Assembly: GCA_021801525.1 (NCBI GenBank)
Contig: JAJYXW010000159.1
Span: 1-59,875, forward strand
Length of the DNA stretch: 59,875 nucleotides
From: Actinomycetes bacterium
Lineage (GTDB): Bacteria > Actinomycetota > Acidimicrobiia > Acidimicrobiales > JAJYXR01
Direction: 5' to 3'
The position numbers and the translations under genes were made by a program. Positions 30,762 to 40,686 of this stretch are shown here, one piece after another. Below the pieces are notes generated by a model. The model was not told the origin of the DNA, searched no databases, and worked only from the letters and a program-made list of their open reading frames with translations. How positions within the stretch are numbered: the stretch's first letter is position 1; every line of letters starts with the position of its first letter.

Positions 30762-33112
30762 GTGCCACCGCCAGTGTCGAAGCCGACGATCATCGAGCCG
30801 TCATAGGCCATGGAATTGTTCGCGAGCCCCGGAGGCGGGCTCGCCTCGGGGCTTTGCTGCGCCCACGTGGACCCGTTCCACAACCAGGTGTCGTCGAGGC
30901 TCGGGCACGACCCGGAGCTATTGCACGGACCCGTTCCCCCGAAGAGCACGATCGTCTGGTTGGCCGGGTCATAGGCCATCGCCGGCACGGTGCGGGCCGA
31001 GGGAGAAGCCGCCGGGGTGAGCTTCGACCACGAGGTGCCGTTCCATGCCCAGGTCTCGTTGGAGTCGGCAGTTCCCGAGATTTCCCCGCCGAAGTAGAGG
31101 AGCTGGCTCGTGGCAGCGTCGTAGGCAAGGGACCCGTCGCCGGGAGGCCCGGTGGTCGCCACCTTGGTCCAGTTGGTCCCGTTCCAGGTCCAAGTGTTGG
31201 CCGTGGGACTCAGGAACACGACCACGCCGGCTGACGCGTCGTAGGACATCTCTCCGGGGGACATGCAGCAGGCGTTGCTGGACGACGGGCTCGTGGTCGG
31301 GAACTCCTGCGTCCAGCTCGTGCCGTTCCAGGTCCAGGTCTGGACACTCTCACCGCCAGAACTGTTGATGAAGCCAGCGAACAGCACGACAGTCTGGTTG
31401 GCGGCGTCGTAGGCCATGCTCAGCGTTTCAGCTCCGGCCGGCGAGCTGGACGAGAAGGCCGCCGACCAGTCCGAGCCGTTCCACGTCCAGGTCGTGCCGC
31501 TTGCGTTGCTTGGGTTGCACGAGAACCCCCCGAACATCACGTCTTCGCCGGTTGCCTGGTCGTAGGCCATCCCCGCGCCGCAGCGAGGCGATGGGTTGCC
31601 GGCCCCCGCCGGCAGGGCTTCGGTCCAGGTCGAGGCGGCGGCGGTGAAGTACCCGAGGACGTCTATCACGACGTCGGCCGAGCCGTTGTAGTTGAAGACC
31701 TGGATGCTTCCTCCGGGAGCGAGGCTCGCCACCACCAGGTTCGCCCTCGTCTCGCCGGCACTCCAGTTCAGGTCCGAGGCCGTCGGCTGGGTCGGACCGG
31801 GGTAGACGGTCAGGTAGCTGCCGGCAGTGGTGTCGGTCGCGGCCACGTCCAAGAGCGCGGCCGTGGGTGGCGTGGTGGAGGTGGATGCGGGCACTCCGCC
31901 CTGGCCAGCTACTTGCACCTGGAGGGTAGCGCTCGACGCACCTGCAGATCCCGAGCCCAGGGTCTTTCCCGTGCACTGGTCGGGCGCGCCCGAGACGCTC
32001 GCCGGCCGGGTGTCGCAGATACGCGCGGGTGCCACCGGCATGAAGAGGTTCCCCTGGGTAGCCGACCCAGAGGGGCCGAGGTAGTAGCCGCTCATGTCCA
32101 CGACCACGTCGGTGTCGCCTGCGAAGTTGAAGACGGAGATGTCGCCGTTGGTGCCCAGCGCTACGACCACCCGGTTCGCGACCGTCTGGCCTGCCACCCA
32201 GTTGAGGTTGGATGTCGTGGGCGCGGCAACGCCCGCTGGCCAGACCGTCATGTAGCTGTTGGCCGTGGTGCCGGTCACCGTCACGTTGGCCACGACCGCC
32301 TCGACTCCCGTGACCGGTATGCCGCCCTGGCCGGCCACTGGCACGTCGAGGGTGGAGCTCGGTCCGAGGGTCTTGGACGTGCAGGGGTTCTTCGGCTGCG
32401 AGGTCCTTGTGTCGCAGATCCGGGTCGGAGCTTGCAGCGGGTAGTAGTGGCCACTGCCCGAAGACGAGGATGCTGAGACGTAGTAGCCCTCGACGTCCGC
32501 CACGACGTCAGTCGTGCCCATAGAGCCGTTGTAGATCGAAAGCGCGCCGGCCGGCGAAGCGCCGAGCTCGACGGTCGTGAGGTTGGGCACGGTCTCCCCG
32601 GTCTCCCAGTTGACGTTGGAGGAGGTCGGCTTCGAGGCCCCTGCCGGCCAGATCGTGAGGAATCCCGGTGCGGTCGTGTCGGTCACCGTGACATTCAGCA
32701 CCACTGCGGACGCACCCGATGGGACGGATCCCGAAGTGCCGGCGCAGGCTATCGCCCCGACTACGGTCAGGGTTGCGCTCGCGCCGGGCGCGAGGCTGCC
32801 GGCCGGAGATACGTTCCCGCATCCCGACGCGGAGCGGGTGTCGGCGATGCGAAATGGCGTGACGGCGACGTATGCCTGGTTGCCAGCACCCGCGGGGAAG
32901 GTGCTCGGCGGTGTGCTGTGCGCGGCACCCGCCCCGCCTGCAACGCCACGCGTTGCGTGCCCGGCTGCAAATGCGTTGCCCGGAGCAATCGGGAGGGCAG
33001 GCCCGAGCAGGGCCAGGAACCCGAGAGCCGCCAGGAGCCTGAGCGCGTGCTCCGGCCAGAGCCTTCGCGCGACCTTCCGTCGCCCGAGAGCGCTTGCGAT
33101 CATCGCCACCAC
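30740..33112 (-). CDS. Secreted/surface protein with three 'RIxDTR...SNLNW' domains and a C-terminal Kelch-like propeller
   Basis: Signal peptide; MAYD...VLFGG...TWTWNGTSW repeats. Confidence 0.8.
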   Translation of the reverse strand: MVAMIASALGRRKVARRLWPEHALRLLAALGFLALLGPALPIAPGNAFAAGHATRGVAGGAGAAHSTPPSTFPAGAGNQAYVAVTPFRIADTRSASGCGNVSPAGSLAPGASATLTVVGAIACAGTSGSVPSGASAVVLNVTVTDTTAPGFLTIWPAGASKPTSSNVNWETGETVPNLTTVELGASPAGALSIYNGSMGTTDVVADVEGYYVSASSSSGSGHYYPLQAPTRICDTRTSQPKNPCTSKTLGPSSTLDVPVAGQGGIPVTGVEAVVANVTVTGTTANSYMTVWPAGVAAPTTSNLNWVAGQTVANRVVVALGTNGDISVFNFAGDTDVVVDMSGYYLGPSGSATQGNLFMPVAPARICDTRPASVSGAPDQCTGKTLGSGSAGASSATLQVQVAGQGGVPASTSTTPPTAALLDVAATDTTAGSYLTVYPGPTQPTASDLNWSAGETRANLVVASLAPGGSIQVFNYNGSADVVIDVLGYFTAAASTWTEALPAGAGNPSPRCGAGMAYDQATGEDVMFGGFSCNPSNASGTTWTWNGSDWSAAFSSSSPAGAETLSMAYDAANQTVVLFAGFINSSGGESVQTWTWNGTSWTQEFPTTSPSSSNACCMSPGEMSYDASAGVVVFLSPTANTWTWNGTNWTKVATTGPPGDGSLAYDAATSQLLYFGGEISGTADSNETWAWNGTSWSKLTPAASPSARTVPAMAYDPANQTIVLFGGTGPCNSSGSCPSLDDTWLWNGSTWAQQSPEASPPPGLANNSMAYDGSMIVGFDTGGGTWHYPTQ

Positions 33113-33166
33113 CGCCCTTCGCCGCAGGCCCGTTCTCGCAGGCCCGTTCTCGCAGGCCCTTCGCCG
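33113..33166. repeat. 14-bp tandem repeat CGCAGGCCCGTTCT, about 3 copies
   Basis: Read directly. Confidence 0.7.
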
Positions 33167-33306
33167 TTCAGGGCCGTGAGCTGATGATAGTACCGCCGCC
33201 CTCGAGCTGCATTCGTGCCGGCAGCTCTCCGTTGCGGCGTGGGATGCGCCGTGCCCGCTGCCGCTGGCCCATGTCCGCCTGTCCGGTGGACCTCTCGTGC
33301 CGCTGC

Positions 33307-34724
33307 TCAGGACAGGCAGAGAGCCGACATGTCGAACAGCGCGTGCTCCCAGGTGTGTGGCTGGTCGTTAAGGGGGCCGGTCTTCCCGTCTCCCCAGCGC
33401 AGCCATCCTTCACCGAACAGGCCTGTGCTGGTGGTGAGGGCACTTGCCATGTAGGAGAGCGTGGCGCTGAGGGCGGCCAGCTTCGACGGGTCGGTACCCT
33501 TCCAGGCATGGCAGAGACCGAGCAGCGCAACCGCTTCGTAGAGGCCGCTGTTGCGTTCGAGCGACGCGTCCATCGACGCCTGCGTGGCGGCGGCCTCGCC
33601 CTGCATGTTCGGCGAGGAGTAGGCGTGCAGGTGGGTCGGCCAGAGCAGCAGCCCACCGTCTTCGTAGGAGACGGGCAGAGCCGAGGTCGATGACGGGCCT
33701 TCGCGATAAGCGTGGGCGGAAGAGTCGTACAGCGAGCCGATCGCAGCCTCGAGGGCGGCCGCGCGCGCCTGCCAGCTGGCGACGACCGGGCCGGAGCGCC
33801 CGAGCTCGCGGGCCGCTGCCACGGCCGAGCGCAGCGCGAGCAGGTCCGGCAGCGCGCCGTGGAGCGTCTGGCTCGGCGTGAAGTTGTCGTCCTCGCTCGC
33901 GGGGCACTGGAACCCGTTGGTGGGGTCCTTGCACGCAGTGAGCCAGTCGGCTCCGCGTGCGATCGCGGGGAACACCTTCTCGAGATAGGTGCGTCTCTGG
34001 CTGGCCGGCACGAAGCGCGCCTGGCGGGCGAGCGTCCACACGCCATAGCCCGTCTCGTCGATCTCGTAAGGGATAGGGCCGCCGGGCTGGCCGGTGACGT
34101 ACATGTTCATCGGCCAGTTGCCGAAGGGCACCCCAGGGAGGGGGTTCGTCGGCGAGGACTGGGTGCGGGCGTAGAAGAGGTCGTGGCGCGTGGCGATCCA
34201 GGTGAAGCCGTTCTCGTCGAGGGCGGCGTTGACGAAGGATCCGTCCCTGATCCAGTCCTCCCCGTAGGGGCCCTGGGTGTCCGGAGAGGCGACGATGGCC
34301 CAGGTTTTCGGGTCGACGGCAAGGAGCATGGTTATGACCGAGCGCTTGGCGACGTACACCACTCGACCGCTGTTGCTGGAGGGTACGGGCACGTGAGCGA
34401 ACAGCACCTTCCATGCACGTTCCACTTTCTCGAGCTCGGTCCGGAAGCTCTGGCGTCGTGCCTTTGCGATCTGGAGCGTGGCCGCCGCCGGGGAGGGCGC
34501 CTCGCTCACGAGCAGCCTCGTGCTCGCAACGCTGCCGGTGCTCCCCGAAGCGCCGCTTCCGGTGAGCCTTGGGGGGCCGGTGAGCCAGGGGATGCGTCAG
34601 GTGACGTCGTAGACGGGGCCGCTCCCGATAGACGAGCCGAGGCACCGGGCAGCAGGCCCAACGGCAGCCCGGCGACGGCGAGGGTGGTCCCGAGGATGCG
34701 GATGCGTGGATGTCGGGTCGGCAA
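33307..34724 (-). pseudogene. Secreted GH15-like (six-hairpin) glycoside hydrolase, apparently split or internally deleted
   Basis: Catalytic part 33307..34509 (AIVASP, WIRDGSF, YEIDETG); signal-peptide ORF 34724..34506 with an RBS lies in a different frame. Confidence 0.55.
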
Positions 34725-34851
34725 GGTGGTCCTCTTCCCTGCCCCCTGCTGCGAGAACACGTCGTGGTTTCGAACCTTGCGCAAGAACCTGGTGATCGAG
34801 TCGTTCCCTACGACAGCTCGCCTCGAGGGCAATGACCAGAACGGAGACATC

Positions 34852-36816
34852 ATGGTCCGCGGAAGGCATCTTCCGGCTCGTGCCCGGCGCCACCCCGCGC
34901 TTGGAGCGGCGGCGATTGCTGTGCTCGGGTTTGCTCTGCCACCTCTTTCGGGTGTGCTGCCAGGAGCCCATCTCCCTGTGACGGCTGCTGCCCACGTGAG
35001 ATGTCCCCTCGGCCTGAAGCCCTCGGCGCAGCTCGACCCGGCCGGTGGGGCGCGTTCCACGGTGTGCTCCGGGTACGTGAAGAGCTTCGACGGGACGCCG
35101 TTGTCCACCGACGTCACGATCCCGGACAACGCGGATGGTCCGCTCCCCCTCGTCGTCATGTTGAACGGCTGGGGGTCCAACAAGTCGAACTTCGAGGCGA
35201 CGAGCCTCGCGGGTAACGGCAGCCCATACACCTACCACTGGAACAATGCATGGTTCGCCTCCAAGGGCTTCGCCGTCCTCGATTACACGGCCAGGGGCTT
35301 CTGGCACTCCTGCGGGAAGGTCCCGGTGCCTGGTGCGCCGTCGCTGGGCGGGATGACCGCATCGGAGCCCGTCTACCTGACCGAGCCCGGGTGCGCAGGC
35401 AAGGAGAGCTGGACTCACCTGGCAAACCGCAAGTGGGAGGTGCGCGACGCACAAACCCTCGTCGGCAAGCTCGTCGATGCTGGCGTCGCGAAACCGAACC
35501 AGGTGGTCGTGACCGGCGATTCCTATGGCGGCGGCCAGAGCTGGCTGCTCGCGATGTCGCAGGACAAGGTCATGCGGCGCAACGGCACCACAGTCGCCTG
35601 GAAGTCGCCCGACGGCACCCCGATACACCTGGCAGCTGCCGTGCCGCTCTTCGGGTGGACCGATCTGCTGCAGGCCCTCGTCGACAACGGCAATGCCTCG
35701 ATCTCCCAGTACGGCGGCAGGCCGGACTCGCCGCCTGCGGGCAGCCATTCCCGCCCCTATGGAGTTGAGAAGCTCAGCTACGTGTCCGGCCTTTTCTCCC
35801 TGGGTGAGGCCACTGCGCAGTACGCCCCACCAGGGATCGACCCGGGTGCCGACCTGACCTCGTGGTTCGCGGCGATTGGCGCCGGCGAGCCGTACGGTGC
35901 GAACCCTGTGGTGGCTCGCGCCGTGTCGAGTATCGACAAGTACCGCTCGGCCTGGTACATGCCAGTGCCGCGGCCACCCGAGCAGGTGCCAGTGTTCAGC
36001 GTGCAGGGTCTGACGGACCCGCTCTTCCCGGCTGTCCAGAGCCTGCAGATGGCACAGCGCCTCCGGGCCAGGTACCCGGGATATCCCGTCTGGACCGTGC
36101 TGGGCAACGTCGGGCACTCCTACGCGAGCAACCCGCCCTCTGTCTGGGAGCGCATACTCGGCGAGGCCAACACTTGGCTGGCCGAAGTGCTCGCGGGCCA
36201 GAAGCCTGCGCAGCCGAAGATCCAAGTCGCAACCGTTGCCTGCTTGCAGGGGCAGCAGACGACTTGGTACGGCGCCGATCATCTGCGCCAGATCCCCAAC
36301 AGCATCATCGAGCTCGCGAGCAGCGCGAAGGTCGTCACCACCAGCGCCGCCGCCAATCCCGTGGGGAACGCGGAGACCGATCCGATAGCCACTTCCGGAT
36401 GCCGCACCCTCTCGGGTACGGAGGCGACGAGCCCAGGCACGGCGACCTACACCTTCGAGCTTCCCAAGGACGCGGCGAAGAACGGCGCAACGCTCATGGG
36501 TGCCCCGGTAGTGACGGCCAAGGCGCTCTTGGCCGGGAGCAATGCCGAGCTCGCGGCGAGCCTGTGGGAGCTCGATCCTTCCACTGGCTCCGAGACGCTC
36601 GTCACCCGGTGCGTGAAGCGAGTGGTCGGGCGGCCCGGCCGGTCGCTCTCCCTGGCGTTCGAGCTCTGGCCGACCGCGTGGTACGTCGCACCGGGCGACG
36701 AGCTCCAGCTGCAGCTCACGCAGTCGGACGCGCCCACGTGGCGCCCGGACAACGAGCCTTCCAGCCTCGTGATCTCGGGACTGAATCTCCGCATTCCTGC
36801 CGTCATAGCCAAGTGA
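34852..36816 (+). CDS. Secreted CocE/NonD (peptidase S15-like) alpha/beta hydrolase
   Basis: SFDGTPLSTDV, KGFAVLDYTARG, GDSYGGG nucleophile motif, C-terminal jelly-roll-like domain; signal peptide. Confidence 0.8.
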   Translation: MVRGRHLPARARRHPALGAAAIAVLGFALPPLSGVLPGAHLPVTAAAHVRCPLGLKPSAQLDPAGGARSTVCSGYVKSFDGTPLSTDVTIPDNADGPLPLVVMLNGWGSNKSNFEATSLAGNGSPYTYHWNNAWFASKGFAVLDYTARGFWHSCGKVPVPGAPSLGGMTASEPVYLTEPGCAGKESWTHLANRKWEVRDAQTLVGKLVDAGVAKPNQVVVTGDSYGGGQSWLLAMSQDKVMRRNGTTVAWKSPDGTPIHLAAAVPLFGWTDLLQALVDNGNASISQYGGRPDSPPAGSHSRPYGVEKLSYVSGLFSLGEATAQYAPPGIDPGADLTSWFAAIGAGEPYGANPVVARAVSSIDKYRSAWYMPVPRPPEQVPVFSVQGLTDPLFPAVQSLQMAQRLRARYPGYPVWTVLGNVGHSYASNPPSVWERILGEANTWLAEVLAGQKPAQPKIQVATVACLQGQQTTWYGADHLRQIPNSIIELASSAKVVTTSAAANPVGNAETDPIATSGCRTLSGTEATSPGTATYTFELPKDAAKNGATLMGAPVVTAKALLAGSNAELAASLWELDPSTGSETLVTRCVKRVVGRPGRSLSLAFELWPTAWYVAPGDELQLQLTQSDAPTWRPDNEPSSLVISGLNLRIPAVIAK

Positions 36817-36845
36817 CCGCGGCGGGTAGGCGCGGTCACTTCTTT
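36811..36845 (+). terminator. Probable intrinsic terminator hairpin between convergent genes
   Basis: AAGTGACCGCG-N9-CGCGGTCACTT perfect 11-bp stem followed by CTTT. Confidence 0.55.
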
Positions 36846-36955
36846 CCGCTTCCCGGCTCGCCGCCCGCCGCTATGCCGCTTCCGGGTTCGCCGCCCGCCG
36901 GCCACCTGCGCCGGCTCTGTCGTCCGGCCGGCCACCTGCGCCGGCTTCGACGAGC

Positions 36956-37855
36956 TCAGCCGAAGAGATCCTTCACTATGGTCTCGAGGTCGCTCCGGCA
37001 GGCGCCGAGGTGCTGCCTGGCGGCCGTGAGCTGCCTGTCGGAGCTCACGAACACCTGGTGGTTGCCGGGGTAGCCCTGAGGAGTCTGGGCGAGAACGAGG
37101 TGCGCGACCCCTGCGCTCAGGGACTCGGCGTCGGCCACGTTGATCTCGTAGTCAATGAAGGCGTTCTCCGCACCTTTCACGTCGCGGCCGTGATTGGCGG
37201 CGTCGGCTATCGCCTTCTGGATGCCGGGCTCCATGCCCACCAGCGTCCACTCGATCGCCGCCTCGGCGTCGGCTCCGATCGTGAGGTCGACCTGGGGTGA
37301 CATGACTGCGAACACTCGGTAGTCGTGGACCATGGAGTACGCGTCGGCGTCGAGCTCCTTCCAGGTCGTGTCGGAAGGGACCTTCTGGGCGAGTGCGGAG
37401 ATCCCGGCAGTCTCGGCGGAGAGACGGCTCGCGAGAACGCTTCGGTCCTGGGCAGTTAGCGTCTTGGAGGCGCTGACGTCGGCGCTGAGGCTGGACAGGC
37501 GACTCGTTCGAGTTGCGAGGGCGGCCTCGACCTTGGCCTTGGCTTCCTGGAACTTGCTGATCCCGCATACGGTTCCGGCACTGGCCGAAGCACCCGGGGA
37601 GCTCGACACTGGCGTCGGGCAAGGCGGGCAATTCGGGCTTGCCGAAGCACCGGGGGAGCTCGACACTGGCGTCGGGCAGTTGGGCTGGCTGAGAGCCACG
37701 CCAGCAGCGCTGGACCCCGAGACCGACGTGGCGAACGCCGTTCCGGGGAGCGCCAGGGCGATGGTGCCGACGAGCCCCAGCGCGCCGGCGCCAGCCAGCA
37801 ATCGGCCTGCGTACCGTGCCTCCAGGCTGCTTGCCATGAGGTTTCTTGCCTTCAT
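36956..37855 (-). CDS. Secreted helical hypothetical protein
   Basis: GGAGG RBS; signal peptide; duplicated CPTPVSSSPGASAS segment; Ala-rich helical body. Confidence 0.65.
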   Translation of the reverse strand: MKARNLMASSLEARYAGRLLAGAGALGLVGTIALALPGTAFATSVSGSSAAGVALSQPNCPTPVSSSPGASASPNCPPCPTPVSSSPGASASAGTVCGISKFQEAKAKVEAALATRTSRLSSLSADVSASKTLTAQDRSVLASRLSAETAGISALAQKVPSDTTWKELDADAYSMVHDYRVFAVMSPQVDLTIGADAEAAIEWTLVGMEPGIQKAIADAANHGRDVKGAENAFIDYEINVADAESLSAGVAHLVLAQTPQGYPGNHQVFVSSDRQLTAARQHLGACRSDLETIVKDLFG

Positions 37856-38125
37856 CTTCTGACCTCCTTGGTCAACTCCTTGGTCATACGGTCGTCGCTC
37901 TTGCGACGCTCGTCCTTGGAACCACCTCCGTCGCACTGCGAAGCCGTGCCAGCTCCTGGAGGGCCGCACCACTACGTGCTCGGGACTCGCAAGTGATGAT
38001 CGTCCTCACCTGTTCGTCCACGGTGAAGCCGGTGTTATGAGATCGTGAGGCGCGAGAATGGCGGGCTATGGTGCTGTCGTGGCACTCCTGAGGTATGTGA
38101 GCGCGAAACCGGCCGGGGTCCGCTG

Positions 38126-38695
38126 ATGGCCGACCAGGCGCGTTTCGCGGACATGGCCATGGAGCACATGTCAGCGCTCTACACGGCCGCGCTCCGTATG
38201 ACCCGCAATCGCGCGGACGCGGAGGACCTCGTGCAGGAGGCCTACCTGCGTGCTTACCGTGGATTCGGGGGCTTCCAGGAAGGCACCAACCTGAAGGCCT
38301 GGCTCTACAAGATCCTCACCAATACGTTCATCAACAGCTACCGGGCGGCTCGCCGCAGGCCCGAGAAGGCGGACGTCGAGGACGTCGAGGACCTGTACCT
38401 CTACCGTCGCCTGAGCACTGCGCCCGCGGCTGCCTCGGGCCGATCTGCCGAGGAGGAGGTGCTCGAGCGCATAACCGACGACGAGGTGAAGGAGGCGATC
38501 GAGTCCCTGCCGGAGCCCTTCCGGATAGCCGTTCTGCTGGCGGACGTAGAGGGTTTCTCCTACAAAGAGATCGCCGAGATCACCGACGTGCCGATAGGAA
38601 CTGTGATGAGCAGGATACACAGGGGAAGAAAGGCGCTGCAGAAGGCGTTGGCGCACTTTGCGGCCGAGCGCGGCCTTGTCGGCGCTCTCGATTAG
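38126..38695 (+). CDS. sigH: ECF sigma factor, SigH/SigR type
   Basis: [38 protein letters not shown] and [27 protein letters not shown] motifs. Confidence 0.9.
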   Translation: MADQARFADMAMEHMSALYTAALRMTRNRADAEDLVQEAYLRAYRGFGGFQEGTNLKAWLYKILTNTFINSYRAARRRPEKADVEDVEDLYLYRRLSTAPAAASGRSAEEEVLERITDDEVKEAIESLPEPFRIAVLLADVEGFSYKEIAEITDVPIGTVMSRIHRGRKALQKALAHFAAERGLVGALD

Positions 38696-38765
38696 GGGGC
38701 ACGATGCTCTCGTGCATAGCTTCGGGCGGAGCTGCCTGCTCGCCTGGGACGTGAAAGGCGTGAAT

Positions 38766-39026
38766 ATGGAAGTGGACGATCCCGGGAGTGGCTGCGAGGA
38801 GACGATCGAGCGTCTATATCATTTCCTGGACGGGGAGCTGACCGAGGAGAGGCGCCGGGAGATCGAGCGTCACTTGGACGAGTGCGCTCCATGCGTCCGG
38901 GCCTACGGGTTCGAGGCGGAGCTACGGCAGGTCGTAGCAAACCGCTGCCGCGACCACGTTCCCGAGAGCCTGGTCGAACGAGTCCACGCTGCCCTGCTCG
39001 AGGAGGAGCGCTCCCGCGGGGCATGA
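38766..39026 (+). CDS. rshA: Zinc-binding anti-sigma factor (RshA/RsrA)
   Basis: C...LYHFLDGEL...HLDECAPC (HxxxCxxC ZAS motif) directly after the sigma gene. Confidence 0.9.
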   Translation: MEVDDPGSGCEETIERLYHFLDGELTEERRREIERHLDECAPCVRAYGFEAELRQVVANRCRDHVPESLVERVHAALLEEERSRGA

Positions 39027-39096
39027 ACGTCCCCCGCGGGGACGTGCCCACGGGGACGAGCCCGCGGGGTAGCACTCGATGTACATCCGGAGCCCG

Positions 39097-39123
39097 GGAA
39101 TACGAGGGTGCTTCGCGATGGTT
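39097..39123 (+). promoter_or_regulatory. SigH/SigR-type promoter
   Basis: GGAAT-N19-GTT, 10 nt before ATG 39133. Confidence 0.6.
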
Positions 39124-39132
39124 GTGCGGGGC

Positions 39133-39339
39133 ATGGAGGATCGCTCAGGGCGCACTACGGGTTCCATAGGTGGATCGGCGTTCACGGGCAGTAACCGGCC
39201 GTCCGTGGCTTTCCCCGTAGGGAGGGTCTGTCGCGAGCCGGGGTGTGGCACCCATCTGTCTATCTACAACGACGGGGAGTACTGCTACGTGCACGAGCCC
39301 CTTACGGCACCTCGACTGCGGGGCAAGAAGATCGCCTGA
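39133..39339 (+). CDS. Small hypothetical protein with a probable metal-binding C-x4-C-x12-C-x2-H motif
   Basis: GRVCREPGCGTHLSIYNDGEYCYVH. Confidence 0.7.
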   Translation: MEDRSGRTTGSIGGSAFTGSNRPSVAFPVGRVCREPGCGTHLSIYNDGEYCYVHEPLTAPRLRGKKIA

Positions 39340-39417
39340 GGGGCCCGGCTCGCGGCTGCAGGGGCCACAGCGAGTGCGCTCTTCACGCAAGGGCCCGGTC
39401 GCACCTATGCTGGCCGG

Positions 39418-40686
39418 GTGGACCTTCCCGTGTCTTGGGAGCTGGCCGGCAGGGTCGGCACCCGCGTAGCAGGGGCGAGAGGTCTTACCCGGCTTGGCAC
39501 GGGGCAGGATCCGCAGGCGGACATGTCCTCCCTCGAGTCCGACTTCGCCGAGGTGACGGCTATCGCCGAGGAGATGGTCGCCCGTTCCACGGGCCTGCGT
39601 CCTTTGGCGGGACCGGCTCGCGCGCTGGTGGTCGATCGGCCTGCGTGGGTGCAGGCCAACCTGGCGTCGTTCCGCAGCATGCTCGAGCGCGCGCTCGCCG
39701 AGGTGGACCGTCCTCTACCCGGGGGCCTTCTCGGTGGTGCTGCTGCAGGTGCCACGCGAGCAGCCGCGGGCGCCGAGCTGGGGGCGCTGCTCGGCTGGAT
39801 GTCGAGCCGGGTGCTCGGGCAGTACGACATACTGCTGGCGGAAGCGGAGGACGAGGGAGGCGTCGTGTCTTACGTCGGGCCGAACGTGGCCGCGATGGAG
39901 CGTCGCCACGGCTTCCCCCCCCGCCAGTTCCGTCTCTGGATCGCCATCCACGAGGTCACCCATCGGGCGCAGTTCACCGGCGTGCCATGGATGAGGGAGT
40001 ATTTCGTCGGGCTGGTGGAGCGCAGCATCGCTGCCTTGGTGCCCGATCCGGCTCGAATGGGCGAGGTGTTCCGCCGGCTTGCCGATTCTCTGGGGAAGGG
40101 GGTGAACCCGCTTGGCGACATGGGCTTGCTCGGAGTGATGCTCTCCCCCGAGCAGCTAGGCGCCGTCGAGCAGGTCCAGGCGCTCATGAGCGTCCTCGAG
40201 GGCCACGGCGACGTGACCATGGACAGGGCCGGCCACGACGCCCTTCCCGAGGCCAGGTGGTTCTCGCAGGTGCTGCGCGATCGCCGCCGCCATCCTCCCA
40301 TCGGAGCGCGCATCGTTCAGCAGCTGAGCGGCATCGGGGCGAAGATGCGCCAGTACGAGCAGGGGGAGCGCTTCGTGAGGGCGGTGGAGGCCGCAGGCGG
40401 TCCCGAGCTGTTCGCGAAGGTGTGGCAGGGCGCAGAGTGGCTCCCGACGCTCGACGAGCTGCGAGAGCCGCAGAGTTGGCTCGACCGCTGCGATGGTGGT
40501 TCCGGCATGCCCTCCGCCGGCTCCGCCAACCAGGCTGACCCTGCCGGCTCCGCCAACCAGGCTGACCCTGCCGGCTCCGCCAATCAGGCCGACCCCGCCG
40601 GCTCCGCTGTCCCGGGCGCGCCGTCAGGACCGCCAGGCGCTCCGCAGGGTCATGCCGCGGCTGTCGACGTCCCGCTCGGCCCGTGA
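39418..40686 (+). CDS. Zincin-like metalloprotease (DUF2342 / 'F420 biosynthesis-associated' family)
   Basis: SSRVLGQYD, IAIHEVTHRAQF, MSVLEGHGD and KMRQYEQGERF motifs; usual position before tilS. Confidence 0.85.
   Translation: MDLPVSWELAGRVGTRVAGARGLTRLGTGQDPQADMSSLESDFAEVTAIAEEMVARSTGLRPLAGPARALVVDRPAWVQANLASFRSMLERALAEVDRPLPGGLLGGAAAGATRAAAGAELGALLGWMSSRVLGQYDILLAEAEDEGGVVSYVGPNVAAMERRHGFPPRQFRLWIAIHEVTHRAQFTGVPWMREYFVGLVERSIAALVPDPARMGEVFRRLADSLGKGVNPLGDMGLLGVMLSPEQLGAVEQVQALMSVLEGHGDVTMDRAGHDALPEARWFSQVLRDRRRHPPIGARIVQQLSGIGAKMRQYEQGERFVRAVEAAGGPELFAKVWQGAEWLPTLDELREPQSWLDRCDGGSGMPSAGSANQADPAGSANQADPAGSANQADPAGSAVPGAPSGPPGAPQGHAAAVDVPLGP
40516..40608. repeat. 27-bp in-frame repeat (AGSANQADP) x3 in the C-terminal tail
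   Basis: Read directly. Confidence 0.85.

Noticed and set aside
33712-34851. N-terminal 380 aa of the 1034-aa ORF
   Set aside because: Overlaps the minus-strand GH15-like gene; a signal peptide and RBS point to a start at 34852
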